Positions 12,243-25,933 are shown, counted from the first letter of the whole stretch. The stretch is 63,801 bases of DNA, filler included, from Octopus bimaculoides (GCF_001194135.2; 5 parts of 5 records of this genome joined end to end with filler, not necessarily neighbours in it), one strand, 5' to 3'. Program-made: numbers and translations. The notes: generated by a model not told the origin, from the sequence alone.

Positions 12243-12989
12243 TAAAAGAGTTCCAACTCTGTTTTTTATGTTTTATTTATATTCTTATAAAATTAATGTG
12301 GGATATAGAATATGGAATATATAATATAAATAGTAAAATGAAATGAAATATTGAATGTCTTATTGAATATATGAAATATTGAGTATTAAATAAAATGAAA
12401 TACACACACACACACACACACACAACATATTCTTTCAGTTTCCATCTCCCAAATCCACTTACATACCTTTGGTCTCCCTGGGGCTATAGTAGAAGAAATT
12501 TTCCCAAGCTCTCACTCTGTGGGAGTGAACCTGAAACCATGTGGTTGGGAAGCAAGCTTCTTACCACACAGCTATGCTTGCACCTATGTCGGTAATAATA
12601 TTTGAAGTAATATACGGTCAGTAGTCCAATACTTTAATCCTCCAGAGTCATTATCTTCCGATATGATATGTAGAAAAGAATATATAAACTTCTTCAAATT
12701 TTAGGAATTGTAATAATAAAAGATTAAATTAGCAAAGTAAGGCTTCATTTATTTTTTCTTTTTATCTTATACCAAAATGAATTCAAACTGACTTTGGATA
12801 TTTCTCAGTTTTTAAAGATTTTTTTTTCACAAGTATGAATGGTTTAGCATTTAATCTTGGTATCTAATCAGAAGAATGAATGTTTTAAATAAAATGGTTT
12901 GTTTTTCTCCTAGAAAACAATCTTAGAAGGAAATATATCAAGCACTTTTTTTTTTATCATTATTTAAACAACTTGAAAATTGTCCTTAG

Positions 12990-13074
12990 ACATAGAAAGG
13001 GATAGACGAAAGTGTGATTGAAAGAGTGGACAACTGACAAAGTTTGCAGTAGTGACAAATAGGTGATGCTGATA

Positions 13075-13105
<31 letters not shown>

Positions 13106-13866
13106 GGAGGAGGAGGAGGAGAAGGAGGAGGAGAAGGAGGAGGAAGAAGTGAATGATGTAAAGGAGGAGGACAAGAGGGATAATGTTGATGACATTGGAG
13201 ATGATACTGATGACTAGTGATGATGACAAAACAATGTCGATGATGGTGATAGTAATGTTGTTGGTGATGTGGTAGTGGTGGTGGTAATGATGATGATGAT
13301 GAGGAGGAGGTGGAGGAGGAGATGAAGGATGTGAAAGATAATCTTGATGACAACAGTGATGACATTAGCGATTATATTGGTTTCACATTTTCGCACAAGG
13401 CCAGCAATTTTGGGGGAGTGGGGGTTAGTCGATTAAATCAACTCCCAGTACTCAACTGGTATTTATTTCATTGATCCCGAAAAGAGGAAAGGCAAAGTCA
13501 ACCTTGGCGGAATTTGAACCCAGAATGTGAAGATGAATGAAATACTGCTAACCATTTCACCTGGTGTGCTAATGGTTCTGCCATCTTGTTGCCTTAATAC
13601 TGATGAGTAGAGAAGATGATAAAAGAAACATATGATGTTAGTTATGTCAACGATGGTAGTGATGAAGATGATGATGATGATGAAGAGGAGGTGGAGGAGG
13701 AGATGAAGGAAAAGAACAGGGGAGATAATGTTGATGATGATGGTGATGACATTAGAGATAATATTGATGACCTGTGATGACAAAGCATGATGTTGATGAG
13801 GGTGATAATGATGACTCTGGTGATGATATGATGATAGTGATGATGATGATGATGATGATGATGATT

Positions 13867-13900
<34 letters not shown>

Positions 13901-14022
13901 CAATTATGACAAAAGAGATAATGTTGGGGACTATGGATGATGACACAAGAGATGCTGTTGACGACGATGATAAGAGATGTGATATTGATGACTAGCGATA
14001 ATGTCAAGTGAGATAATGCTAC

Positions 14023-14054
<32 letters not shown>

Positions 14055-14250
14055 ATGATAATGATGATGACAACAAGAGATGTGACATTGTTGATGATGA
14101 TGATGACAACAACAACAAGAGATGTGGTATTTTTGATGATGATACTGGGATTCAGTGCAGCCCTGCAACTTGCTGGATTCTGTCAAACTGCCCAATTCAG
14201 ACCAGCATGGAAAAAAGGACATTAAATGATGATGATGATGATGATGATGA
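12990..14250. repeat. Compound (GAT/GAG/GGT/CTG)n trinucleotide array with higher-order duplication, interrupted by a SINE
   Basis: Repeated blocks gataatgttgatgac...gacatt.gagat...gatgacaaa at ~13180, ~13335 and ~13725. Confidence 0.85.
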
Positions 14251-14276
14251 TGGCAATTGGACATTTAATAATTGGA

Positions 14277-14383
14277 TTAATCAGTAAAAAGAGAGGAGTG
14301 TCCATTATATTTGCATGCATTCACTTCCAAACTGGTAAGATCATTGTAGTTGGTGTCCAGTTTGAACATATGTTTGCTAAGGT
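14277..14383 (-). CDS. Candidate terminal coding exon (DLSKHMFKLDTNYNDLTSLEVNACKYNGHSSLFTD*)
   Basis: Strong acceptor cttctctactctttctttttttttctttacttttcAG, phase-compatible with the 21998 donor; no family recognised. Confidence 0.25.
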
Positions 14384-15199
14384 CTGAAAAGTAAAGAAAA
14401 AAAAGAAAGAGTAGAGAAGAAATTCCAGAAGGATGCTGTTCTGGGGGAGGAATGATCAAACAAAATTTTTAGTTGTTGTTGTTGTTTAGCTCCAGGTCAA
14501 CTCTGATTGACAGACATATGATCAAAACTATTCCAGCAGTGACCATCTCATTTATTTTCCTATGTGCTGGAAATCCAGGACTGTATCATCCATCATCCAG
14601 TATATTCTTTTTTTAAAGATCGTAGTGTGTTATTCAAGTGAAATATGCCTGCTATTTCTTATTTCTTTATTGCCCACAAGGGGCTAAACATAGAGGGGAC
14701 AAACAAGGACAGACAAAGGGATTAAGTCAATTACATCAACGCCAATGCATAACCGGTACTTAACTTATCGAGCCCGAATGGATGAAAGGCAAAGTTGAAC
14801 TCAGAACGTAAAGACAGACGAAATACCACTAAGCATTACTCTTGACGTGCTAACGTTTCTGTCAGCTCGCCTGCTATTTCTAGTTAGTCAAGTAAGCATG
14901 TAGAGTCTCTCCTATTGGCTTGTGTAAATGTTTAGCATAGAATCTAGGTGGTGTGACATGATGTTTATCATGAAGTGATTCTATCTTATGATGATTAGAA
15001 CAATTATAGAATAATTATGAGCTAATGAATAATCATCTATTGTAATTTGGTGAAACTAATAACATAGCAAGGAGATCTTGTTAATAAAGAAGAGAAATCC
15101 ACAATCTATGAAATCTCACTTTAACTTTACTTTAGTCTGCTTAGTTTTTGTAAGTGTTCAGTGATTGCAATCGATTTGGTCAGTCTGACCTTATGGTAG

Positions 15200-15540
15200 C
15201 TATTGTGTAATATCATTGAGCAAGATACATAATTTTGGCTGGCTGATAAAATACAGGTTTATTCCTACCAGCAGCAGAAAGACATGCCACAAAGCAGATG
15301 TGGGCTCATATCAGTCCATCATTGTTTTTGCCCTTGTCATCATCATTGCAGTAGTCAAGATATTTCTTCAGGTGTGCTGGCCTTAGTGAATGCCTGCATA
15401 TTTCCAACAACAGCATTTCAAGACCATTATGGAGTGTATGTTACAGCAGAAGGAATTTCTGGTCAGTGGAATATGTCTTTTCTGTAAAAAGTGGAAAAGC
15501 ATGCAGTTCAGTCTAGTCAGAGGCCTTAGCCATTTCTAAT
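15200..15540 (-). mobile_element. RTE/BovB-like LINE C-terminal remnant
   Basis: LQKRHIP..., W...AVVGNMQAFTKA, AHICFVACLSAAG resemble the BovB-type C-terminus with its terminal Cys/His motif; multiple stops. Confidence 0.45.
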
Positions 15541-15559
15541 GGCATTAGCCATTTCTACA

Positions 15560-16900
15560 TAAATTTTCAGGGACAACTTTCTTTAGGCCCATTTCTAAGG
15601 AAAAGCAGCCACCCTGTAACCTCTTCCCAGTTCTTATCCGTATAGAAGTTGTCCAGTCCAAAGAAGGATAATAAAACCCTTGACTAGGGTCAAGAGCTGA
15701 TTGACGTTGGGTATTTGGTGTCCAGAATCTTGCCAGGCACTCATTGCACTCTTCGAGGTAGACAATGCTGTCATCAAGAAAACAATACTTACATTCTTTA
15801 GCAGGTTAGTGGCAAGGTATGAATGACATTGACATGGGAACAATTCCGGCCATTTGGTAACAATGTTTTCACTGCAGACTACCTGTTGCTTTTTTAATGA
15901 CTAATATTGACGCTTATTTATCTTTACCAAACTCCATAATTGTATCTATGCTGAAGAGTCTTAGAGTTTGTATTAAAGAATCTATCACTTTTTTATTCAT
16001 ACTAAAAAGCTTCAAATAATCCATGTAGAGCAAATGGTTAATTTTTCCTTTACTATCTCTAAACTGATTCCCTACATTTGCTTTTCTTAATACTGAAATA
16101 AGGGGTGGCAAACATAACACAAATATTAAAGGGAATATTGAGCCTCTCTAGAAAATTCATCTCTTGATATTAACTTTCCTTAAAGCTGTATCACCTGAGT
16201 AAAAATCTACTTTCCTTTTATTCATGCTATAGCTAACTAAATCTCTTATGTTTTCTGCAATACTGAATATACTCAAGTAGTCATTTATCCATGAGTGTAG
16301 AATCATGTCATTGTTAAATTTTTCTTTCTAGATTTCACTTCTTTTAGAACTGCTTTGTCTATAGATAATAGATTGTGTGTTCATCTAGCCTTTTTCCTTC
16401 AACCTTTCTCTTCATCTGGAAGTAAATTCTGACTGTCAAAATGCTCATAAATGCTTTCTGAGTATATTCCTATTAACAATTTCCACACTAATAGTAAGCA
16501 AGTAATTGGTCTATAATTACTAGCTATATTGCCCTTGCATCTGTCTTTGATAAGGAGTGCTGTTCTCCCTCTAGTCATCCAATTAGGTATGACTCTTCTA
16601 TTCAGGAAATCCTGAAGTTGCTTCCTCAGTCGCTCATATAAGCTACTAACTTTCTTTAACCAGTACCCTTGAACTAGATCTGGTCCTGGGTCCTTCCAAT
16701 TCAGCATTCTTCCCAACACTTTACTCTTTAATGCACTATTTAGTTTTAGATCTGGCTGCTTCTCACTAACTACTTTTTCCTCACTTCCTTTAACCATGCT
16801 GTATCCTCATTATGATTAACTAGCTTATCTCAAATATCTCTCCAGAACTTTCTAGCTTCTGTATTGGGCTTCTCATATTTGGTACTTTCTTCCCAGCTAT
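15560..16900 (-). mobile_element. R4/Dong/NeSL-like (RLE) LINE reverse transcriptase remnant
   Basis: EARKFWRDI..., NWKDPGPDLVQGYWLKK, NYRPITCLLLVWKLL, INHLLYMDYLKLFS are typical RLE-LINE RT motifs. Confidence 0.85.
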
Positions 16901-17740
16901 TTATTTGGCAATAAAATCTCTTCTGTTAATACTGATCTATTCTTTTCTGATATCTGTAAAGCCTACCTACTTAACCAAACAGATATACTTAAATACTTAT
17001 TTTTTAACATTAATGCAGCAGGCTGGCAGAACAGTTTGCATGACAGACAAAATGCTTACCAGCATTTCATATATCATTACATTTTGAATTCAAATTCCAC
17101 CGATGTCAACTTTGCTTTTCATCCTTTCAGGGTTGATAAAATAAGCACAGTCAATCACTAGAGCTGATATAATTGACTAGTCCCCTACCCACAAACTTTA
17201 TGCCTATAGGAGAAAGGATAATTATTATTGTTGTAAGGTGTTGTGCTGGCAGAAATGTTAGCATACCAGGTATAATGCACAGTGGCATTTCATCCATCTT
17301 TAAATTACTTTTCATCTTTTCAGGGGCAATAAGATAAGTACCAGTTGAGCACTTGGACTGGCTAACACTCTGCTTTCAAATTACAGGCCTTGTGCCCATA
17401 ATAGAATGGGTTATTTATCTTTTTACATAAAAATTATGAACAATAGCATCTTTGGTTATAGATTTATAGCTAACAATCAGTAGTTCACTGTGTTTCTGTT
17501 GGCAAGAGTAAAATGGGAGTGTGTATAACTCAGCACAGAACAAATATCGTCATGGACTTTATTCAATAAACACCATTTTCTTTTGTTTTCTTGCTGATGC
17601 TCACAGAAACACACACACGCATGCATGCACACACACACACACACTCACATACACACATGCACATATACACACTCGCAGTAGATAGAAACTGTAAGAAGCA
17701 TCTCATATATAAGTTCGTTTGGGGATGCTGGCAAACATAT

Positions 17741-18035
17741 TGTTGTGAAGTGGGTTCCTCCCACTGGTGTGATGTGTGACTACTGTTGTACTGCAGTTGC
17801 TATTTATGCTAGTAGCCACAATAGTTACTAGTCATCAGATACTGTTGTATCTCTTCATACTGGAATAGTGATACACTAACTTCTCTCTTACTATCACTGA
17901 TAGCTCCACAAGACACCAACTAGAACTGTCAACTCTCAACTCTTCAACTCTCAACCCTCTATTGATGACTGGCTACTGCTCTATTTATAATGGCTGACTC
18001 CTACCACTTTTTACCAGGATGGGTTTCACTATACA
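17741..18035. mobile_element. Possible solo LTR
   Basis: TGTTGTGAA...TTCACTATACA termini (TG...CA, weak inverted repeat) and an internal TATA-like ttataaatag on the minus strand; no clear TSD. Confidence 0.25.
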
Positions 18036-18965
18036 GCACATATGCATGTGCATGTATGGTGTGAGTATTTTCCCTTTGTTTTGATACTCATGTGCTGATT
18101 GTGAACAAAGCCAATGTCCATCAAAATGGTGTCATTTGTTTACAGTCTTCAGTGAAAAAATGTCCAGTAATTGCAATTGAGCTACTTGTTGTTTGAAGGA
18201 CTAGGGAAATATTACCTTTCTTGAAAACAGATGAGGGTTTATGACAGGAAGAGCATCTGGCTATAGAAATTCTACCTGAACAAATTCTGTTAGACTTATG
18301 CAATCACAGAAAATTAGATGTGTAACCCTTTAGCATTCAGTTTATTCTGTCAAATCTGTCACATTTAATGTTTATATATTCACAATATTTTGATTTAATC
18401 ATGCTTCATCTTGAAGCTTAGAGATTTCAATGATATGATTGTTTATTTTCAGAATGACATCATAGAGCAGGTGTGAGAGGCAAACTTTGACTGGTTCAAT
18501 CATAAAACAGGTAGAATATTTGATCGATTTAACTGTCTGGAAGTTAAATCGTGCGCATACACACAAACATACACATTAATATATATATATATATATTCTT
18601 TTATTCTTTTACCTGTTTCAGTCATTTGACTGTGGTCATGCTGGAGCACCACCTTGAAGGATTTTAGTTGAACAAATCAACCTCAGGACTTATCTCTTAA
18701 GCCTGGCACTTATTCTATCAGTCTCTTTCGCCAAACTGCTAAGTTCAGGGACTTAAACACACCAACACCAGTTGTTAAGCAGTAATGGGGAGCAAAAACA
18801 TACACAAAGGCACACGCACACATAGATATATATATGATAGGCTTCTTTCAGTTCCCTTCCACTAAATCCACTCATAAGGCTTTGGTCAGCTTGTAGCTGT
18901 AGTGGTACTGAACCTGGAACCATGTAGTTGGGAAGCAAGCTTCTTACCACACAGCCATGACTGTG

Positions 18966-19023
<58 letters not shown>

Positions 19024-20233
19024 TCAAGTATTAATTAGAAGCAGCTCAAGGTGTATAAGCAAAATTGAACACACATACACAATACACAAAGTGTATGTGT
19101 TGTAAGCATGTGTGTTTGATTTTGCTTACATATATAGTTATTTATTTATATGACTGTCTGTCTGTGTGTCTATGTATGCGTGTATGTGTGTGTCTATGTG
19201 TCTTTGTGTGTATGTGTGTGTGTGTGTATGTGTGTGTGAGTGTGTGTCTATGTATGTGTGCCTGTGTTTGTCCCTAACCCCACTACCTAACAATCAGTGC
19301 TGGTTAGTTTATGTCCCTGTAACTTAGTGGTTTGGCAAAAGTGACTGATGTATGTGTGTGTGCGTGCCTGAGTAAATTCTAAAGTGTTAAATGGCAATGA
19401 TGATAATGATGATGATGTTTGTGATAGGAATTGAACTTAAAACAATGCGGTTGTGAAATAAATTTGTTAACTACAGAGCCATGCCAAATGTTATAGATCT
19501 GAAGTTACAAATTGTGATTTGTCTCTCCAATACCTCACCTTCCACAACCATTATCACATCTACAGATTCATTAGCAAAACAAAGACATTGTACTAGTTAT
19601 CGATTCACCTTTTTAGATGAGAGGGTTCTTCAGAAAAATATAATTCTTGATAATAATAGTTTTGTGAAGATTTTTAAGAAAAAGTTCAAATTTTTCATGT
19701 CTTTTTGAATTCATTGAATAACGTTTGTTATTGGAATAAGTCATCGTCGTCATCACCATCATCACCATCGTCACCATCAAAACCACCACCACCAACACCA
19801 TCACCACCACCATCATCATCATTGTCCTAGTTATTATCACCATTGTTGGCATCCGCTCTCCTCCTCCTCCTCCTCCTCCACNNNNNNNNNNNNNNNNNNN
19901 NNNNNNNNNNNNNNNNNNNNNNNNNNNNNNNNNNNNNNNNNNNNNNNNNNNNNNNNNNNNNNNNNNNNNNNNNNNNNNNNNNNNNNNNNNNNNNNNNNNN
20001 NNNNNNNNNNNNNNNNNNNNNNNNNNNNNNNNNNNNNNNNNNNNNNNNNNNNNNNNNNNNNNNNNNNNNNNNNNNNNNNNNNNNNNNNCACTGTCATCGT
20101 CACCATGAATACCATTATTATTGTTTTATAACTTTATTTAAAAATAGACAATAGAATTCATTTTAACAGTTTTCCTAACAAATTATGTCATTGTTTCAGA
20201 AATCCTTCTTTTATTGTGTTAAAAGAAGAGGGG

Positions 20234-20266
<33 letters not shown>

Positions 20267-21715
20267 AAAAAAAAATGATTATTTTGTTTCAATGCTGTGT
20301 TGGAATCCATTTAACAAAATTAAAGATTTTTATTCTATTTTCTTACCACTTTGCTCCCCTCTTTTTACTCTGTCTCTTTGACTACACATACGCACACAAA
20401 TATAAGTATGCATACATACACGTACAACCTAATATATAATAGATATATGTATTTAAGAATATATGTAATATAATATAATACAGTAACACAGCTGTCTGTA
20501 CATATGTGTATAAAAAATACACACGTGTACATACATGCATAGATACACACATACACACATTATCACCATCACCATCAGCACCACTACCGCCACCACCACC
20601 ACCACCACCACCATTGCCACCACTGCCACCGCCACAGCCGCTGCTGCTGTCGCCGCTGCTGCTGTCGCCGCTGCCATCACCACCACCAAAACCACCACCA
20701 CCACCACCATCAGAACTTAATGTTCGTTTTCCATGCTAGCATGGGTTGGACAGCTTGACAACTGAGCTGGCCAACTGAAGAGCAGCCCAGGCTCCATGTC
20801 TGTTTTGCTTGGTATGGTTTCTATGCAAACTGTCAAATTTAGCCCTCTGTACATATATATCAATATTTAATGATTGCTTTCCATGCTGGCATGTTTTGGT
20901 TGGTTTGAGAGGAGCTGGGAAGCCAGAGAGCTGCACCAGGGTCCAGTTGACTCTTTTGACATGGTTTCTACAGCTGGATGTCCTTCCTAATGCCAACAAT
21001 TTTCAAAGAGTACTGGGTATATTTTACATGGCACTAGCACTTATGCTTTTTAGGTGGTACCTTCACCAGTGCCTTTTATATGGTACCTTCACCAGTGCTT
21101 TTTATGTAGTGGGTTATTTCCAGTTTCCACCTTAGAAATCGACTCCACACACCTATGCCATTGCCTATATATACATATATACATATATGTATCAAAGCTA
21201 TAGGCTCATAAGGCTTGCTTCCCAGATTCTGTGGGATATATATCCCCATCTCTCTATCCCTGATGCGATGCCAGTCTGTTACAGGATTACTCATTTTTGC
21301 CATCTGAGTGGGCTAGAACAATATGAAAGGAAGTGTCTTGCTCAAGAATACAATGTATTGCCCAGTCTAGGAATTGAAACCACAGTTTTATGATCATAAG
21401 TGCAACATCCTAACCACTAGGCTGCAGGCTTCCATACGCACACACACATACACACATAATAGGCATACGCATATATAGTATGTATAACATGTATAATAGG
21501 CACAAGCACATATATAGGTGTATGCACAGCTGTAGGTTCAAGTATGACTATAAGCACATGCATAGCTATGTGGTTAAGAAGTTCTCTTTGGAACCACATG
21601 ATTAGGAGTTCAGTTCCCACTGTATGAACATTGTAAACTAATGTTTTATATTACAGTCAGGAGTTGACCATTATCTTGTAAATGAAATCGGAGGACAAAA
21701 ACTGAAGAAGCCTGT

Positions 21716-21748
<33 letters not shown>

Positions 21749-21792
21749 NNNNNNNNNNNNNNNNNNNNNNNNNNNNNNNNNNNNNNNNNNNN

Positions 21793-21804
21793 TTAATTAA
21801 TTAA
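21793..21804. other. Assembly gap spacer TTAATTAATTAA between N runs (also 40109-40120, 54518-54529, 58031-58042)
   Basis: The identical 12-mer, which gives stops in all six frames, sits inside four N gaps. Confidence 0.95.
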
Positions 21805-21903
21805 NNNNNNNNNNNNNNNNNNNNNNNNNNNNNNNNNNNNNNNNNNNNTATATATATATACACACATATATATATATATATACACTAACATATATATCCA
21901 CAC

Positions 21904-21940
<37 letters not shown>

Positions 21941-21997
21941 CACGCATACATATATATATATATATATATACATACACACATATATATATACATATAC

Positions 21998-22070
21998 CCA
22001 CAAAAACGTTTCCTAACAATGGCATTGGAACGGGGTTTTTTCTTCTTCTTCCCCCCATCATCGATTTCAT
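21998..22070 (-). CDS. Candidate first coding exon of an unidentified small gene ([24 protein letters not shown])
   Basis: aattATG in non-repeat, CpG-retaining sequence with a nearby ccggaa motif; donor TGG|GTATAT is weak; no family recognised. Confidence 0.25.
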
Positions 22071-22552
22071 AATTTTTCGACTCCGGAAATATCAACAGGT
22101 ACCAAAGTTATAACACCGAAGCAGATAAGATCCTTGACTCTATCATTCCCTTAAAAAAAGGGTACAGGAGAAATCATTATTATTATTATTATTATTATAA
22201 TTATTGGATTCAGAACTCATGAAACGAAGGACAGGAAAATGGTTTTGCGGTATTAATTAACAGCGGTCCTTTCCGTCCTGAACTGAAATGCCGTCGAGGG
22301 TGTGACCTTACCCTTGACTCTTTCAGGATTTCTACAAAATTAAAGTACCAGTCGTTTAAGTGATTACACCTGCCATCTCCCAAAATGTATGCAGTTGCTT
22401 CTATGTCAGAAACCATTTATCACTCGCAGTTGTAGCATCCTTAGGTGGACTGCGACGCAAAATTCTGGGAAGAACGATGGTTTGCGGGGTTAATTAAGAA
22501 TATGGTTTTAAAACAAGGACAAATAATTCAAATGTAGAGTGAGTTAGCTTAC

Positions 22553-22716
22553 CTTGGTCAATGCGACTGAGTCAGGTTGAGACGGGTGGAGGAGAGAAAC
22601 ATGAGGGAAGAAGGAATGTAAACATTGTCTGGGAACCTCATTCAAGCAATTCAGACATTTTTAAATGCCTCTGAAAGAATAAACTGACTTCGAGTTGTTA
22701 CGTTCGTTCTGATTGG
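22553..22716 (-). promoter_or_regulatory. Candidate promoter and non-coding first exon
   Basis: CCAAT on the minus strand at 22712-22716, CpG-retaining context, and a consensus donor CAAG|GTAAGC at 22553/22552. Confidence 0.3.
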
Positions 22717-23599
22717 TCGACTGCAACACGCCAACACATACTTCTACTAACATATGTATGAAAACACACACATACACGTACATGCAAATGTGTGTTTGCG
22801 TGTATATGAGTATGTGCATGTGTGTATTATTCTCTACTTAATTTTTATCTCTCTCTCTCTCTCTTCAGTCTATCTCTTTCCTTTATTTTCTTCGTTTTCA
22901 TTCCTCACAGTACAATCAAGAAGCGATTCCTATTTTACGAATTCTTTTAAATCTCTTCCATTCTGTTTCCTCCTCCCTATCTCTCTCTATCTATCTATCT
23001 TTCTCTCTCTTTCTCTTCTTCACCAGTTTCTTTATCTATCCACTTTCTTCTATCTTCTTTATTGCTAATAATATAGATTAACGGCTTTCTTTCGTTTGAA
23101 CCCAAAGAATGCCAGATTAACAATGATTTCTGATGTTGGCAGCTTTTGCCACAAATTCGTTGAGGAAGAATCTAGTCCAATGATTCTACCTTCATGACAT
23201 TATCCGTCTTTATTCTATGGAGCTGACAGAGATAAGAAGGTCTTCGCCACCACCACCAGCACGACAGAACGTCTCCGCTTTGCCCTCGTCTCAGTTCCTC
23301 TTTGTTGATAATCAGTTCTATGTCTTATTTAATGATTAGTAGGAATAAAATTATCATCGTCGTAAATCGTTTAGGTAGAAAGCGATCTTGTCACCCTCCC
23401 GTCGGTTCCATCTCCTCTCTATTAACGAGTCAATCGGTCATGAACGATATGTTCCACACTAACTTTTCTTTCTTTTTTTTTACCTGATGTTCTGAAGTCA
23501 CATGTAAGAGGAAGGAGAGAATATGCTTTACAATTAGGGGGTGTGAATATACCAAAAGCTGTTTCTTAGCTACCCCCAAATTGGAATACTTTCTCTGAA

Positions 23600-23950
23600 A
23601 GCCAACAAAGGGAATGGTGTTTAGTCGGTGGCAGCTGCTTTATCTCATATTCAAGAATTTATGCAGAATGCTTCCTTCATGGTGATGGGTCGCTGGCATT
23701 GACTGCATGGTAATGTTGGTGGAGGACAAGGTTGATTTTGTTGTGTCTTTTTCTCCTGTCGTTTAATTTCTTCCATTTTCTCTCCTAGTGGCTTCAAAGT
23801 TTTTGGTTCTGATGTTGATAAAACACTTCTTCTCTCCCAGTCTCATGCTTGTTTCAAATGATTCAGACTCAATTTCAGTGTTGCTTTGAGTTGGTCCTTA
23901 TATCTTTGAAGAGGGAAACACTTTGGTCTTTTCCCTGAAGTATTTAGTAT
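23600..23950 (-). mobile_element. RTE/BovB-like LINE C-terminal remnant
   Basis: KRPKCFPLQRYKDQLKATLKLSLNHLKQA*DWE...EEIKRQEKK...PPPTLPCSQCQR matches the BovB-type GxxKxRYKDxLK...WE...CxxC tail. Confidence 0.6.
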
Positions 23951-24109
23951 AGACAAGTCAAAATACTAAAACATCTTTTATATAGAATTGTTAGCAAACT
24001 GAATAAAATATTTTGCACCATTTTTTCTGGCTTTACATTCTGAGTTCAAATTCCACCATGATTGATAAAATAAAATACTAGTTGAGCATTGGGGTTGAAC
24101 ACTAGGGTT

Positions 24110-24385
24110 GCCAAGGTACATGGTTTAGTGGTTAGGAGTATTTGGCTCACAATCATAAGGTCATGAGTTCAATTCCTGGCAGCATGTTGTGTCTTTTCCT
24201 TGAGCAAGACACTATTTCACATTGCTCCAGTCCACTCAGCTGACAAAACTGAGTTTTACCTGTGATTCAAAAGGGGCCAGCCTTGTCACACTCTGTGTCA
24301 TGTTGAATTTCTCTGAGAACCACGTTAAGGGTACACATGTCTGTGGAGTGCTCAGCCACTTGCACCCTCCCATAACACAAGGGAG
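24110..24385 (+). mobile_element. tRNA-derived SINE (third family) with a conserved central domain
   Basis: tggtttagtggttagg (box A), gagttcaattcct (box B), then ccttgagcaagacact...ctccagtccactcagctg, which resembles V/Meta-type SINE central domains (inference). Second copy at ~44020-44310. Confidence 0.7.
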
Positions 24386-24589
24386 AAAAAAAAAAGAAGA
24401 ATGGGACATTGCAGGCAGTTAGTAGTACTGCAAATAATTATCAACATATAATTATATGTTGATAAGTAGGAAAACAGACAAACCACAGATCCCTTCAGGC
24501 CCTGCTCGTTAAGTAGAAAAGGTGACAGGAGAAACTTCATAAGGTATACCCAGTGCAAGTTAAAGGCACATTAGAAGTGTAGATGCATC

Positions 24590-25000
24590 ACTGGAAGACT
24601 AACAGAGAAAGTAGTCTTTACATGTGGCAGATGTGCAGCGACATTAACCACCAGGCATGTACAAAAAATAGACTCCCTCAAATGTCATGGGGGATCCTTA
24701 GAAGTAGCAGATAGTTTTCGTTACTTAGGTGACCAAGTTAGCAGTGGGGGGGAGGTTGTTCTGAAAGCATAGCTGCTAGAATAAGAAGAGGCTGGGCCAA
24801 GTTTAGAGAGCTGCTATCACTGTTAGTAATGAAGGGCCTCTCCCTCCAAGTGAAGGACAGGTTGCATGGTGCCTGTGTATGAACAGCTGTGCCACATGGC
24901 AGTGAGATATGGGCTGTGACTACTGAGGATGTGTGAAGGCTTGAAAGAAATTAAGTCAGTATGCTCCGCTGAATGGGTAATGACTATGTATGTACGACAG
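24590..25000 (+). mobile_element. RTE LINE fragment (older copy of the PHD-bearing family)
   Basis: YLGDQVSSGGGCSESIAARIRRGWAKFRELLSLLVMKGLSLQVK, with stops. Confidence 0.8.
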
Positions 25001-25079
25001 GGTGTATTTACTTATTAATTTTTTCTATATGTGACTGTGGATTTTCATAGATGAGTTCATGAACTTTGGTACTTTTCTC

Positions 25080-25110
<31 letters not shown>

Positions 25111-25223
25111 CGCGCAGGAGTGGCTGTGCGGTAAATAGCTTGCTAACCAACCACATGGTTCCGGATTCAGTCCCACTGTGTGGCACCTTGGGGTAAGTGT
25201 CTTCTACTATAGCCTCGGGGTCG

Positions 25224-25254
<31 letters not shown>

Positions 25255-25735
25255 CAGAAAGAATCAACTGATAGGTGTGATTTAAGGTAAAGTCTCATTC
25301 CCCCAAGATTCGAACTCACAATGTAAAAACGTAAGCTAATACAGCAAGAACACTTTATACCTTACTAATTACAACTTACTTATATTAGTATTATTTAATT
25401 ATTAATCTAGACAGTCATTCATTCACTGCGGGGGAAAAAAAATTTAAGATCTTTTTTAGGTAATACTGTTTATGTAACACTGTTAAATTCCAGGTTTGCC
25501 CTGGTTGAACAGACGTAGGCATCGTTTTAGGAACGCAATATCTGACGTGTCCTTCCTACCTTTTATAAGATAGTGAAGTACGTTTTAGAGATGATTAGTC
25601 TGTCATTTCCAGGAAGGCGCGCGACCACGTAAAGCCTCCTTTGGGTAGTATTGTTGCTTTTGTTAATCCCCCCACATCGGCTCTAATCTAGAAAAAACCT
25701 ATAATCAAAAGCGTTCCACCTATGACCACACCCAC

Positions 25736-25933
25736 CCTATTTTTCAGATATTGTGTATCCAGGACAACATTATACAATGCGTATTTTTGTTTTAAGACAG
25801 ATTGTAATCGGGGTTGAGCGACCACAAACAGATTCCCTGGATGAAATTTGCACGGTGGTCTCCCTTGGTCCACTCCATTTACTTGTGAATTAAAATGCGC
25901 ACGTCTAGCTGCGCCAAGGGAGATTTTATACAT
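25736..25933 (-). CDS. Candidate first coding exon, unknown product (66 aa)
   Basis: caacaacATG start context, 66 open codons, donor AGG|GTGGGT, CpG-rich unique sequence; no family recognised. Confidence 0.25.

Noticed and set aside
12960-14264. Poly-His/Ser/Ile/Met ORFs
   Set aside because: Translations of (GAT)n-type arrays in several frames.
15269-15481. 213-nt minus-strand segment with good acceptor and donor
   Set aside because: It has stops in all frames and resembles a decayed RTE C-terminus; the splice-like sites are probably chance.
21793-21804. Recurring TTAATTAATTAA palindrome (four occurrences)
   Set aside because: It is always embedded between N runs; it is an assembly gap spacer with stops in all six frames, not biology.
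23600-23950. Long minus-strand frame with a single in-frame TGA (possible selenocysteine or readthrough)
   Set aside because: The peptide matches the RTE/BovB LINE C-terminus, so the stop is ordinary decay.
25118-25180. tRNA-like sequences with box A and box B
   Set aside because: These are SINE heads continuing into SINE bodies; there is no complete cloverleaf, so no tRNA gene is called.
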